Counted from the first letter of the stretch, positions 41,808 to 52,505 are shown. The stretch is DNA of 64,000 nt from Planctomycetota bacterium (GCA_965223265.1 OZ244999.1:1536001-1600000), one strand, 5' to 3'. The notes: generated from the sequence alone by a model not told the origin. Translations and numbers: made by a program.

Positions 41808-44276
41808 ATGAAAACTCCGTCACGCCCGGGGCGCGTCCGTCGCCTCCTACCGATCCTGCTGCCGCTTGTCTTTCTGTCCCTCTCTCCCGCAGTCCGCGCT
41901 GACGCGAAGCGCGTCGACTTCGCGCGCCAGATTCTGCCGCTCCTCTCCGAGAAGTGTTTCGTTTGCCATGGACCCGACACCCGGGAGAAGGATCTGGTTC
42001 GTCTTGACTCCGAAGCTGGAGCGACGCGTGACCTCGGCGGCTACCGCGCGATCGATCGTCGCAACCCCGACAAAAGTGAAATCCTTGCGCGCATCCACGA
42101 TGCCGATAGCCCGATGCCGCCGAGCGACTCGGGGAAGAAGCTGACTGACGATGAGCGCACGCTTCTGCGCCGCTGGATCGAACAAGGCGGCGACTACGCG
42201 ACGCATTGGGCTTTCGTCCCCCCCGTCAAACAGGCGCCTCCGGGTGGCGACGCCGCGCGGGGCCGCGAGATCGATGCGTTCATCGGCGCCCGCCTCGCTG
42301 ACGCCGGCGTTGACTTCGCACCGGAGGCCGACCGCGCCACCTTGGCTCGCAGACTCGCTCTGACGCTCACCGGGCTGCCGCCGAAGCCGGATCAACTCGC
42401 CGCGTTTCTCGCGGACGAACGGCCGGACGCTGACGCACGCTTCGTCGAAACTCTCCTCGCCAGTCCAAGCTACGGCGAACATCAAGCGCGTTATTGGCTC
42501 GACGCCGTGCGCTATGGCGACACCCACGGCCTCCACCTCGACAATCGGCGCGGCATCTACCCTTATCGCGATTGGGTCGTCCACGCGTTCAATCGCAACC
42601 TGCCATTCGACAAGTTTATCACCTGGCAACTTGCCGGTGACCTGCTCCCGAGACCGACGCTCGAGCAGCGCGTTGCCACTGGCTTCGTGCGCATGAATCC
42701 GACGACCTCCGAGGGCGGCGCCATTCCCGAGGAGTTCCAGGCCAAGAATAACTTCGACCGCACCGAGAACCTGGGCACGGTGCTCCTCGGCATGAGTCTG
42801 ATCTGCGCTCGCTGCCACACACACAAGTACGACCCGATCCCGCAGACGGAGTACTACCGCCTCTTCGCGTTCTTCAACAGCACCGCCGAAAAATCGATGG
42901 ACGGTAATTCGTACACCTACGAGCCCGTCCTCAAAGCACCTTCGAACCAGGCACAGTGGGCGCGCTGGAAACTTCTCGAAGATGCCCGTACCGAACTTTT
43001 TGCCTCGGTGAAGTCTGCTTTCAACGCCGGACGCACTCCCGGAGACCGTGCAGCGAACACGTGGCGCGACGCCAGCCGTGATGAGCGTTTGGCGCTGCTC
43101 GCAGATCCTTCCAGTCCTTTCGCCTCTTTAGACCTGGCGGACGAAGCGTCGAGACTCACCCAGGCGATGAGCGAGCTGGCGGAGGGCTTCACTACGACTC
43201 TCGTCGCCGCTGACCTCGAATCGCCGCGCGAAACGTTCGTCCTCAGTCGTGGCGAGTACAACTTGCCGACCGGCGAACCGCTGCAGCCCGATGTCCTCTC
43301 AGTCATGGGAAGTTTTCCCGACGGCGCACCGCGCAATCGCTTGGGGCTGGCACGCTGGCTCACGTCACCTGGGCATCCCCTGGTGGCTCGCGTTTTGGTG
43401 AATCGCATCTGGCAGCGTGTCTTCGGGGCCGGACTTGTTCGCACTCCTGAGGACTTCGGCCTCCAGGGTCAGCAGCCCACGCATCCTGAGCTCCTCGACT
43501 GGCTCGCCATCGAGTTTCAGGAGAGCGGCTGGGATCTGAGGCACATGCTGCGGCTCATGGTCCACAGTCGCACGTTCCGGCAGAGCTCAGCATGGCGAGA
43601 GGATCTTGACGACCCTGAGAATCAGCTCTTCGCACGAGGGCCGCGCTATCGCCTCGATGCCGAAGTCATCCGCGATCTCGCGCTCTGGGCGAGCGACCTC
43701 CTTGATCCTGAGATGGGCGGCGAAGGCGTCAAACCGTACCAACCAGGCGGGCTTTGGAAGGCGCTCGCACACCCTAGCAGTAACACCAAGGAATACAAAC
43801 GTGACACGGGCGAAAAGATTTACCGCCGTAGTCTCTACGTCTATTGGAAGCGCACCAGCCCGCATCCGATGATGACGCTCTTCGATGCGCCGAGTCGCGA
43901 GGCCAGCTGCGTCAGGCGCTCGCGAACCAACACGTCGCTGCAGTCGCTCGGTCTCTTCAACGAGACGCAGCGTGTTGAGGTGTCGCGCGCGCTCGCGCAG
44001 CGTCTCTTGACCGAAGCGGCGGATGTCGACGCTCGTCTAAACCTTCTCTTCGCGTTTCTCGCTTCGCGCGAGCCGAGTGATCGCGAGCGGACTGTGTGCA
44101 TGTCGCTCTACGAACGAAGTCGTGCGCGCTACCAAGCTGCGAACGGCGACGCGCTCGCACTCCTCTCCGTCGGCGAGGCACCGCGCGACGAAACTCTCGA
44201 TGCGGCAGAGCACGCCGCGTGGACGCAAGTGGCGATCACCGTGCTTTCAAGCGACGTGGCGCTTCTTCTCTACTGA
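41808..44276 (+). CDS. Planctomycete cytochrome c + DUF1549 (PSCyt2) + DUF1553 (PSD1) protein
   Basis: VDFARQILPLLSEKCFVCHG, HWAF.PP, WLD.VRYGD, CARCHTHKYDP, PTHPELLDWLA, RRSLY. Confidence 0.93.
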   Translation: MKTPSRPGRVRRLLPILLPLVFLSLSPAVRADAKRVDFARQILPLLSEKCFVCHGPDTREKDLVRLDSEAGATRDLGGYRAIDRRNPDKSEILARIHDADSPMPPSDSGKKLTDDERTLLRRWIEQGGDYATHWAFVPPVKQAPPGGDAARGREIDAFIGARLADAGVDFAPEADRATLARRLALTLTGLPPKPDQLAAFLADERPDADARFVETLLASPSYGEHQARYWLDAVRYGDTHGLHLDNRRGIYPYRDWVVHAFNRNLPFDKFITWQLAGDLLPRPTLEQRVATGFVRMNPTTSEGGAIPEEFQAKNNFDRTENLGTVLLGMSLICARCHTHKYDPIPQTEYYRLFAFFNSTAEKSMDGNSYTYEPVLKAPSNQAQWARWKLLEDARTELFASVKSAFNAGRTPGDRAANTWRDASRDERLALLADPSSPFASLDLADEASRLTQAMSELAEGFTTTLVAADLESPRETFVLSRGEYNLPTGEPLQPDVLSVMGSFPDGAPRNRLGLARWLTSPGHPLVARVLVNRIWQRVFGAGLVRTPEDFGLQGQQPTHPELLDWLAIEFQESGWDLRHMLRLMVHSRTFRQSSAWREDLDDPENQLFARGPRYRLDAEVIRDLALWASDLLDPEMGGEGVKPYQPGGLWKALAHPSSNTKEYKRDTGEKIYRRSLYVYWKRTSPHPMMTLFDAPSREASCVRRSRTNTSLQSLGLFNETQRVEVSRALAQRLLTEAADVDARLNLLFAFLASREPSDRERTVCMSLYERSRARYQAANGDALALLSVGEAPRDETLDAAEHAAWTQVAITVLSSDVALLLY

Positions 44277-44330
44277 ACGACTGAGTTTTTGACTCCTCAA
44301 CGAATAGAGGTTTAACCACTCGAGCCAGAC

Positions 44331-45854
44331 ATGCTTCAAAACGATCCACTGCGCGAGCACGAGTTGATGATCACGCGGCGCATGCTCTTCGGCCACACCG
44401 CTCTTGGCCTTGGCACGGCTGCGATGGCTGGTTTTCTGTCGCAAGATTTGCGCGCGTCGCAGAAAGCAGTTGCGCCAAAAGAGACACCCGATGCAGGGAT
44501 GCATCACGCCGCAGCGGCGAAGCGCGTGATCTACCTTTTCATGAGCGGCGGCCCGAGTCACCACGATCTGTGGGATTACAAACCCAAGCTCAAGGACCTC
44601 TACGGCAAGCAGCTTCCCGATCACGTGCGCGACGGTCAGCGCGTCACGGGCATGACGGCGCGCCAGAAGAGTGGCCTGCCGATTGCGCCATCGAAGTACA
44701 AGTTCACGAGGCATGACAACAACGACCGTGGCGTTTGGATCAGCGAGCTCCTGCCGCACACGGCGACGGTGGCGCGCGAGCTCTGCGTCGTCCACTCGAC
44801 GTTCACCGAGGCGATCAACCACGACCCCGCGGTCACCTATATCCAGACGGGTAGTCAGATCCCCGGGCGTCCAAGTCTTGGCGCTTGGCTCAGCTACGGG
44901 CTCGGCCGCATGAATGACAACCTTCCCGGCTACATCGTCATGCACGCCCACAGTCGTCACGCCGAGCAAAGCCTCTTCAACCGCCTCTGGGGAACCGGGT
45001 TCATGCCTTCGGACCACCAAGGCATCCTCCTGCGCAGCCAAGGCGATCCGGTGCTCTATCTGAACAATCCGGCAGGTGTCAGCCGCGAAGACCGCCGCGC
45101 ACAGCTCGACGCGCTCGCCGCAATCAACCAAGAGCAGTACGAGCGTTTCGGCGACCCGGAAGTGCTGGCGCGCGTCCGCCAGCATGAGATGGCGTACCGC
45201 ATGCAGGCGTCTGTACCCGAGCTCATGGACGTGTCATCCGAGAGCGAATCGACGTTCCAGCTCTACGGCGAGGAGGCGAGGACGCCCGGCACGTTCGCAG
45301 CGTGCTGCCTAAGCGCGCGTCGACTTGCCGAGCGCGGCGTGCGCAATATCCAGATCTTCCATCGCGGTTGGGATGCGCATGGAAATCTTGCTGGCGAGCA
45401 TGAGTCGCAGTGCCGAGATGTCGACCAAGGGTGTGCGGCGCTGATCAAGGACCTCAAGCAGCGCGGCATGCTCGACGACACGCTGGTGATCTGGGGCGGC
45501 GAGTTCGGCCGCACGGTTTACTGCCAAGGAAATCTCACGCGCCAAAACTACGGTCGCGACCATCACCCGCGCTGCTTCACCGTCTGGCTTGCAGGCGGCG
45601 GTATCAAGGCAGGCATCACTTATGGCCGTACGGACGACTACGCCTACAACATTTGCGACGCCGACGGCAACACACTGTCGCCGCAGCCGACGAAAGAGAA
45701 GTGGACGCCCGGCACGATGCACATCCACGACCTCAACGCGACCATCCTTCACCTCCTCGGCATCGACCATGAGCGGCTCACGTACCGCTACCAGGGAAGG
45801 GACTTCCGGCTGACCGACGTGCATGGGCATGTGATTCACGACATCATCGCGTAG
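44331..45854 (+). CDS. DUF1501 family protein (partner of the upstream DUF1553 protein)
   Basis: ITRRMLF; IYLFMSGGPSH.DLWDYKP, RRLAERGVR, GWDAH, GGEFGRT, GRDHHP, RLTDVHG. Confidence 0.93.
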   Translation: MLQNDPLREHELMITRRMLFGHTALGLGTAAMAGFLSQDLRASQKAVAPKETPDAGMHHAAAAKRVIYLFMSGGPSHHDLWDYKPKLKDLYGKQLPDHVRDGQRVTGMTARQKSGLPIAPSKYKFTRHDNNDRGVWISELLPHTATVARELCVVHSTFTEAINHDPAVTYIQTGSQIPGRPSLGAWLSYGLGRMNDNLPGYIVMHAHSRHAEQSLFNRLWGTGFMPSDHQGILLRSQGDPVLYLNNPAGVSREDRRAQLDALAAINQEQYERFGDPEVLARVRQHEMAYRMQASVPELMDVSSESESTFQLYGEEARTPGTFAACCLSARRLAERGVRNIQIFHRGWDAHGNLAGEHESQCRDVDQGCAALIKDLKQRGMLDDTLVIWGGEFGRTVYCQGNLTRQNYGRDHHPRCFTVWLAGGGIKAGITYGRTDDYAYNICDADGNTLSPQPTKEKWTPGTMHIHDLNATILHLLGIDHERLTYRYQGRDFRLTDVHGHVIHDIIA

Positions 45855-45985
45855 GCGGCTCTTCTCGAGCACGAGTTTGCACCGAATAGCACGCCTCCTT
45901 TTTCTGCGTCGTAGGCATACCCCCTGTGATAGGGTGATGGTGGGTTAGGAGCCACCATCTTCTGGGCGAAGCAGGAGCAGACGCG

Positions 45986-48900
45986 ATGAAACGATGGAGA
46001 GCGTCCGGTCGGTTTTTCCTTGCTGCGTTGCTTTTCCTTATGTCGTCAGCGCCCGTCACCGCTCAGAGTTATCTGCCCGGCGACGCGAACGACGACGGGG
46101 CCGTCGACATCAGCGATCCGATCAACGTTTTGATCTACCTTTTCGCTGGTCCGTTCGAGCTGCGCTGCCCGAACGCCGCCGATGCGAACGCTGATGACAG
46201 CGTCAATCTTTCGGACGCCATTTGGCTCTTGCAGAGTCTCTTTCGTAACGGCAGCCCACCCATCGCAAAGCCTGGCGAAGACTGCAGTGGCGACGGTACG
46301 GACGATCTTGACGACACCGTGGCGGGCGACATCTTCGACAACACGACGTTCCTCTACAGTGGCCTGCAGCCGGTGCAGATCGGTGTCGCTCCCGGGACGA
46401 TCGACAAGCTGCGCGTGACCGTGATTCGCGGCACAGTTGCGGATGAAAGCGGGCCACTCGCCGGAGTCGAGGTCACGGTCATGGACCACGCCGAGCTAGG
46501 CTACACGTTCTCTCAGAGCGATGGCTGGTTCAGCTTGGCGGCGAACGGCGGCGGACGGCTGACGCTCGTCTTTAGGAAGTCGGGCTACATGCCGGTCCAT
46601 CGAGCGGTGGATGTCGGTTGGCGCGAGTACACGTTCACCGACGACGTCTTCATGAAACCCTACGACAGCGAAGTCACAGCGATTACGCTCGGCGCGGGAG
46701 TGATGCAGGTGGCGCGCGGCAGCATCTCCACAGATGCTCATGGTCCGCGCCAGGCGACGCTGCTTGTGCCCCCAGGAACAACGGCGACGATGCATCTCCC
46801 GGGCCCGCCGCCGACGCAGCAGGCGCTGGCGACGATGAACGTACGCCTCACCGAGTACACGACGGGCCAGAATGGCCCCGACGCGATGCCCGCCGGCCTG
46901 CCGCCGACCACCGCGTACACGTACGCGATCGAACTCAGCGCCGACGAGGCGGTGGCTGCTGGGGCGACGTCGGTCGAGTTCAACCAAGCGGTGATCGTGT
47001 ACGTGGAGAATTTCCACGATTTCGAGATCGGTCAGGCCGGTCCTTTAGGCTTTTACGATCGCGACGCGGGCCAATGGGTGCCCATGCCGGACGCGGTCAT
47101 TCTCGAAATGGTCGGAGAATCCGGAGGCATGGCCCAGCTCGATCTGAGCGGCGACGGCAGCGAAGATTCAGAGCTCTACGCCGCGGTGGGAATTACCGAC
47201 GCGGAGCGGGCGAAGCTGGCAGAGCTCTACAGTGCACCCGAGCAGCTCTGGCGCATGGCCGTGACGCACTTCTCGGCGTTTGACCTCAACTGCGGCTTTG
47301 TCGAACTACTCGAGTGCATTGCCGGCAGGGGGGACTGTTCGCCGCTTCTTGAGCCGTTTTCAACCGGCGACAAGGACGACACGTGCAGGCTCCCGGGGTC
47401 GACGATCGAGATCCAAAACCAGATTCTTGGCCAGCGCATTCCGATCAAGGGAACGCCCTATTCCCTGCACTACCAGAGCGATCGCATGCCTGGCTTTGAG
47501 GCCGCATACCGGCTCGAGATCCCTGTGATCGGTGACTACACGCTGCCGGCGAACATCGAAGACGTCATTGTCGATATTTGGGTGGCCGGCAAGCGCGAGA
47601 GTTTCGAGGTGCTTTCGGAGCTCAACTGCCCAGGGCAGCTGGTGTGCACCGGGCCCTACAACTTTTCATGGACTTGGGATGGCAAAGGCCTCTTCGATCT
47701 GCCGTTTCAAGGCGCGCAAGAGGCGGTGGTGCGACTCGGCTACCGGTTTCTGCGCGATTACGCCACCTGGCCGTTCGAGACGGGGGCGGCGACCTTCGCT
47801 GCTTGGCCCGAAGGTACTGAGGTCGTCGACGAGGGCAGCTCGTCGGAGTACCAGAAGTACACCGCATGGACGACGTTCAGGGTTGGCGTCGGCGCTTGGA
47901 GCAACACACCGCTCGGGCTCGGCGGGTTCAGCATCGATGTGAATCACAGCTACAGCCCGTCAAGGCGCACACTCCACCTCGGTGATGGCCGCCGCCGCAG
48001 TAACACCGGTACGGGCGGGGTGATTGATTTCTTTGCTGGCGGGCAGGCGGGTGGCACCAGTGAAGACGACGGCATCTCGGCACTCGAAGCCAATATTGGC
48101 AACGCGCCGGCTGGCATGGCTTTTGCCCCTGACGGCACGCTCTATCGACCGGTGGAGACCGGGCTCAACACGAGTATCCGGCGGATCGACCCCGACGGCA
48201 CTGTCTTCCACGTGACGAAGAAGACGCGCTTTTCGGACTGCGACTCGGAAGGCGATGGAGGGCCTGCGATCCTCGCTGAGGTCTGCGGTGCCGAGGACGT
48301 CGCGATCGGGCCAGACGGCAGCCTTTACATCGCGGAGACCGACGCGAACAAGATCCGCGTCATTGATGCGAACGGTATTATCTCCACTTTTGCGGGCACC
48401 GGCGCGGACGTGTATGCGGGCGACGGCGGACCGGCGCTTGCAGCAAGCTTCACGCGTCCGCGTCGCATCGCCATCGGTCCCACCGGCGATATTTTCGTTC
48501 TGGATGAGATGACTCCTTCTGACGCCGTGGTTCGGAGGATCAGCCCCGCGGGCATCATCACACGCGTCGCCGGCGGGGGCAGCACCGTCGCTGATAGTGG
48601 GTTCGCTCTCAACCTTGATTTCAGCGGCTCGTTCGGCGTCGACATCGATGTGAGTTCCGATGGAATTCTGTACATTGCGGGGCCCTATTGGTCGGTCTAC
48701 CGCGTCTTGCCGGATGGCAACGCATCGATCGCGGCCGGTCAGCTCCTCGACCCCGGAGCCTCGGGCGATTTCGGGCAAGCGACCCAAGCCAGGCTCCGGC
48801 CGCAGGCGATCCACGTCGACCGCGATGGTGCGCTCTACATCGCCGTACAGGATGTCAACCAATTCGCTTCGGGCTCGCAGCCCGGTGTGCGCCGCGTCGG

Positions 48901-51900
48901 ACCGGACGGCATCATCACGACGGTGGTTGGCGGTCCCGACGAGGACGGCGACTGCCGTCCAGCGTGCAATGTGCCCGGAGTCGCCACCGGGGCGGAGCTT
49001 CAAAGCGCTGCGATCCAGACGGTAACGATTGCGCCGGACGGAGACCTGTACTTGGCGAGTAGCAACCGCATCTATCGCGTCGGCCTGGCACTCCCCGGTG
49101 CAGCGAGCGACGAGTTCACGGTCGCCTCCGAAGATGGTCAAGAGGTCTACGTCTTCGACGCGCGCGGCCGCCACTTGTTCACTCGCGACGCCTTCACAGG
49201 TGTCGATCTGTACACGTTCATGTATGACGGGGAAGGCCGCCTCACTAAGATCATCGACGTCGACGGCCTCGAGACCGAGATCTTTCGCGGCACCGGCGTC
49301 ACCATCATCGGACCCCACGGGCATACGACGACGCTTAAGGATGCCGACGAGAACGGTTTCTTTCAGACGGTTTCATTACCGGAGCCGATTTCGGGAGACT
49401 ACCAGCTCGAGTACGACGGCGGGGGTCTCCTGATACGGTTCACGTATCCCAACGGGAACGAGAGGACCTACGGCTACAGCGACGGTACCGAACCGCACGG
49501 CTTCGCCGGCCTCCTCGAGGAAGCGACCGATGCACTCGGCACGCGGACGTTCACGCGCAACAACTTTGGCGACACGAGCGGCTTCGGTGTGGTCGTCAAT
49601 CATGCCGAGGCGCCGAGCGATAGCTTGTCGGTCGTCGAAGAGCACGCCGACGGCAGCGAAACGTGGACAAACACCACGCCGGACGTCCGGCAGACGGTCA
49701 TCGAGCTCGGCATGAACGGTGTCACCCGGACGACCCTTAGCGACGGGTCTGTGGTGACCCTTACCGCTGGCCCCGATCCTCGCTTCGGCATGCAGTCGCC
49801 GGTGGTGAACGAGTTGGAAATCGCGACTGGGACGCGCGTTTTCAACCTCCAGACTGCCCGGGCGGTCACGCTGTCCAACTCCACCGATCCGTTCAGCCTA
49901 GAGACATGGACGGAGACGACGTGCATCAACGGCGCCGTCGATAGCTCGACGTGCGTTGGCGCTGACAGCGGCGTCACCACGGAGTTCAACGCCACGGGGC
50001 CGGTCAATACGATCGTCCGCACAACGAACGCAGGACGCGTCAGTGTCACCGAGCTCGACGCTGCCGGTCGGCCGACCGCGCTGGCTGTGGTTTCCGCTTC
50101 GGTTCCCGTAGCGGACGTAACGTTCGACTACAACGATGGGGCGATCGATCCGCTCAAGCGAGGTCAGCTCACTGCGGTTACGTTTTCAAGCGGCGGCGAG
50201 CAGCGGGTCTACTCGTTCACGTACGATGCTGACGGCAATCCTCAGACGATGACCGACCCGCTGAGCCGCACGGTGACTCTGATACCGGACGGCGCGACGC
50301 GCATTGTCGGCCAGCAGCGTCCGGACTCAAGTGTGGTTGCCTACAGCTATGACGGCAGCGACAACGTCACAAGCATCGACCCGCCGGGCGAGAACGTCAG
50401 CAACCTGCACACGTTTGAGTTCAACGGGGTCGACTTCCTGCAGACCTACACTGCTCCGAGCGTCGGCCTCTCGAGCCATGAGAACAGATTTGACCTCAAC
50501 GGCGATCGCCAGCTCGATCTCATCACGCTCAACGATGGTGGGGCGGAGTCGACGATCGACCCGGGCTATGACCTGTTTGGTCGTCTCTGGTTCATAGCGC
50601 TCAGTCCGAACGGTGGGTCGTCGTGGAGCTTGCAGTACAGCTATGTCGCGAGCGGCCCGGATCTCGGCAAGCTCGAGACTGTGAATACCACCAGGGACGA
50701 AGTCACGATCACATACAGTTACGATGGTGCCTTTGTGGACAGCGTCGAGTGGAGTGGGGCGGGCATTCCCGGCACTCACAGCGTAACGTACGCATACGAC
50801 AACGCATTTCGCATCACCAGCGAGCAAGTCGACCAAGAGGCCGTGGTGAGCTTTCAATACGGCGATGCCGACGGACTGTTGACCAGCGCGGGCGCGCTCG
50901 GGCTGATCCGCGATAGCGACACGGGGATCCTGACCGGGACCACCCTGAGCGCTGATGGCGCCATGGTCAGCGACACCGTCGTCGTCACGCCGTTCGGCGA
51001 GCTCGCGAGCTACACGGCTCAGCACTCGAGTGCTGGCGTGCTCTATGACGTGAGTTACACGCACGATGCAAGCGGTCGCATCGAAGGGAAGAGCGAGACC
51101 ATTCTGGGTGCGACCACCTATTACGGTTACATCTATGACGCCGCCGGTCGACTCGATCGGGTTTACCAGGGGAGTGTAGCGCCGTGTGACCCGCCAGCCA
51201 GCTGCACGCTCGCAGCGGACTATGCCTATGACGCCAACGGCAACCGCGATCCAGGCAGCTGCACCTACGATCTGCAAGACCGGCTCACGGGCTGTGGCGC
51301 GACCACGTACACGTACACCGACTGGGGGGCTCTAGCAGCGAAGACCGATGGGACGGGTACCACGAGTTACGTTTACGATCTCTTAGGGAACCTACGCAGC
51401 GTGGCAGCACCGGGGGCTGCGGTGATTGACTACGTCATCGACGGCGAGGGTCGGCGCATCGGCAAGAAGCTCGACGGCACGCTCGAAAAGGTGTGGCTCT
51501 ACCGCGACGACCTCAACCCGGTCGCTGAGCTTGACGGCAGCGGCAACGCTCAAGCGATTTTCGTCTACGGCACGAAACTTCACGTCCCAGACTACATGGT
51601 GAAGGTCAGCGGTCCTGACGCGGGAACCTATCGCCTGGTCACCGACCACCTCGGCAGCGTGCGCCTGGTCGTCGATGTGGCGACGGGCGCGGTCGCGCAG
51701 CGGCTAGACTACGATGCGTTCGGCGTTGTGCTGCAGGACACGAGTCCAGGCTTTCAGCCCTTCGGGTTCGCTGGCGGACTCTATGATCCCGACACCGGGT
51801 GGGTGCGTTTTGGCGCGCGCGACTACGCGCCGGACATCGGACGCTGGACGGACAAGGATCCCATCGGATTCGAGGGACAGGACACGAACCTTTACGCCTA

Positions 51901-52303
51901 CGCGGGGAGTGATCCGCTCAACCGGATCGATCCGGAGGGGACGGTGCCGGTGCCTGTGTTAGTTGGTGCAGGAGTGTTCTTTGTCGGCGACATCATCTAC
52001 CAGCTGGCGACCAACGGACCTTGCGAGGAGTTCAGCTACGTCGAGTTGGCCGCAGCGACCGCTGCCGGGGCTGGTGGTGGATATCTCTTCCACGTCGTTC
52101 GCGCTGCCATCGCAGCACCTACTGCAGCCGAGCTCGGGAGACGAGCCGCCGAGGCGGAGCGGCGTGGACAGCTGCGAGCGCTCGAAAAAACCATCGGCAA
52201 GCAGCTCCGACAGTCGGAGAAGTTCATCCGAGAAAACGGCAAACCCGTCTATGAGGCGGTTGACGACGCGGTCAAGAAGTGGGGGAAAGACATCTACAAG
52301 TGA
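45986..52303 (+). CDS. Bacterial teneurin-like RHS/YD-repeat protein with N-terminal dockerin and C-terminal cargo domain
   Basis: AGGAG RBS, signal peptide, GDANDDG dockerin, TTR-like VIRG..DG.FSLAANGG, FN-plug LHYQSDR, NHL GDGGPA repeats, YD repeats, RHS core PFGFAGGLYD..DPIG..NLYAY..DPLNRIDPEG. Confidence 0.92.
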   Translation: MKRWRASGRFFLAALLFLMSSAPVTAQSYLPGDANDDGAVDISDPINVLIYLFAGPFELRCPNAADANADDSVNLSDAIWLLQSLFRNGSPPIAKPGEDCSGDGTDDLDDTVAGDIFDNTTFLYSGLQPVQIGVAPGTIDKLRVTVIRGTVADESGPLAGVEVTVMDHAELGYTFSQSDGWFSLAANGGGRLTLVFRKSGYMPVHRAVDVGWREYTFTDDVFMKPYDSEVTAITLGAGVMQVARGSISTDAHGPRQATLLVPPGTTATMHLPGPPPTQQALATMNVRLTEYTTGQNGPDAMPAGLPPTTAYTYAIELSADEAVAAGATSVEFNQAVIVYVENFHDFEIGQAGPLGFYDRDAGQWVPMPDAVILEMVGESGGMAQLDLSGDGSEDSELYAAVGITDAERAKLAELYSAPEQLWRMAVTHFSAFDLNCGFVELLECIAGRGDCSPLLEPFSTGDKDDTCRLPGSTIEIQNQILGQRIPIKGTPYSLHYQSDRMPGFEAAYRLEIPVIGDYTLPANIEDVIVDIWVAGKRESFEVLSELNCPGQLVCTGPYNFSWTWDGKGLFDLPFQGAQEAVVRLGYRFLRDYATWPFETGAATFAAWPEGTEVVDEGSSSEYQKYTAWTTFRVGVGAWSNTPLGLGGFSIDVNHSYSPSRRTLHLGDGRRRSNTGTGGVIDFFAGGQAGGTSEDDGISALEANIGNAPAGMAFAPDGTLYRPVETGLNTSIRRIDPDGTVFHVTKKTRFSDCDSEGDGGPAILAEVCGAEDVAIGPDGSLYIAETDANKIRVIDANGIISTFAGTGADVYAGDGGPALAASFTRPRRIAIGPTGDIFVLDEMTPSDAVVRRISPAGIITRVAGGGSTVADSGFALNLDFSGSFGVDIDVSSDGILYIAGPYWSVYRVLPDGNASIAAGQLLDPGASGDFGQATQARLRPQAIHVDRDGALYIAVQDVNQFASGSQPGVRRVGPDGIITTVVGGPDEDGDCRPACNVPGVATGAELQSAAIQTVTIAPDGDLYLASSNRIYRVGLALPGAASDEFTVASEDGQEVYVFDARGRHLFTRDAFTGVDLYTFMYDGEGRLTKIIDVDGLETEIFRGTGVTIIGPHGHTTTLKDADENGFFQTVSLPEPISGDYQLEYDGGGLLIRFTYPNGNERTYGYSDGTEPHGFAGLLEEATDALGTRTFTRNNFGDTSGFGVVVNHAEAPSDSLSVVEEHADGSETWTNTTPDVRQTVIELGMNGVTRTTLSDGSVVTLTAGPDPRFGMQSPVVNELEIATGTRVFNLQTARAVTLSNSTDPFSLETWTETTCINGAVDSSTCVGADSGVTTEFNATGPVNTIVRTTNAGRVSVTELDAAGRPTALAVVSASVPVADVTFDYNDGAIDPLKRGQLTAVTFSSGGEQRVYSFTYDADGNPQTMTDPLSRTVTLIPDGATRIVGQQRPDSSVVAYSYDGSDNVTSIDPPGENVSNLHTFEFNGVDFLQTYTAPSVGLSSHENRFDLNGDRQLDLITLNDGGAESTIDPGYDLFGRLWFIALSPNGGSSWSLQYSYVASGPDLGKLETVNTTRDEVTITYSYDGAFVDSVEWSGAGIPGTHSVTYAYDNAFRITSEQVDQEAVVSFQYGDADGLLTSAGALGLIRDSDTGILTGTTLSADGAMVSDTVVVTPFGELASYTAQHSSAGVLYDVSYTHDASGRIEGKSETILGATTYYGYIYDAAGRLDRVYQGSVAPCDPPASCTLAADYAYDANGNRDPGSCTYDLQDRLTGCGATTYTYTDWGALAAKTDGTGTTSYVYDLLGNLRSVAAPGAAVIDYVIDGEGRRIGKKLDGTLEKVWLYRDDLNPVAELDGSGNAQAIFVYGTKLHVPDYMVKVSGPDAGTYRLVTDHLGSVRLVVDVATGAVAQRLDYDAFGVVLQDTSPGFQPFGFAGGLYDPDTGWVRFGARDYAPDIGRWTDKDPIGFEGQDTNLYAYAGSDPLNRIDPEGTVPVPVLVGAGVFFVGDIIYQLATNGPCEEFSYVELAAATAAGAGGGYLFHVVRAAIAAPTAAELGRRAAEAERRGQLRALEKTIGKQLRQSEKFIRENGKPVYEAVDDAVKKWGKDIYK

Positions 52304-52330
52304 TAGAGGAGTCGTCGTAGCTTCGTCTCC

Positions 52331-52358
52331 AAAGTAGCAGGCACGCTCCGCGTGCCGT
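52331..52358 (+). repeat. GTAG-type REP element (copy 2, compensatory variant)
   Basis: AAAGTAGCAGGCACGCTCCGCGTGCCGT; stem GGCACGC/GCGTGCC. Confidence 0.85.
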
Positions 52359-52505
52359 AGCCGAAGACCGAGCGGTCGCCACCGACTCCAAAGCTGATGC
52401 CTTCGCATCCACATTGGCCGCGGCCGATAGCAGTTATCTTGGGGTTCCGTTCCATGACGCCTTCGCGCTGAGCGCGAAGGTCGGTTTCTGGGGCGAATGC
52501 CCTTG

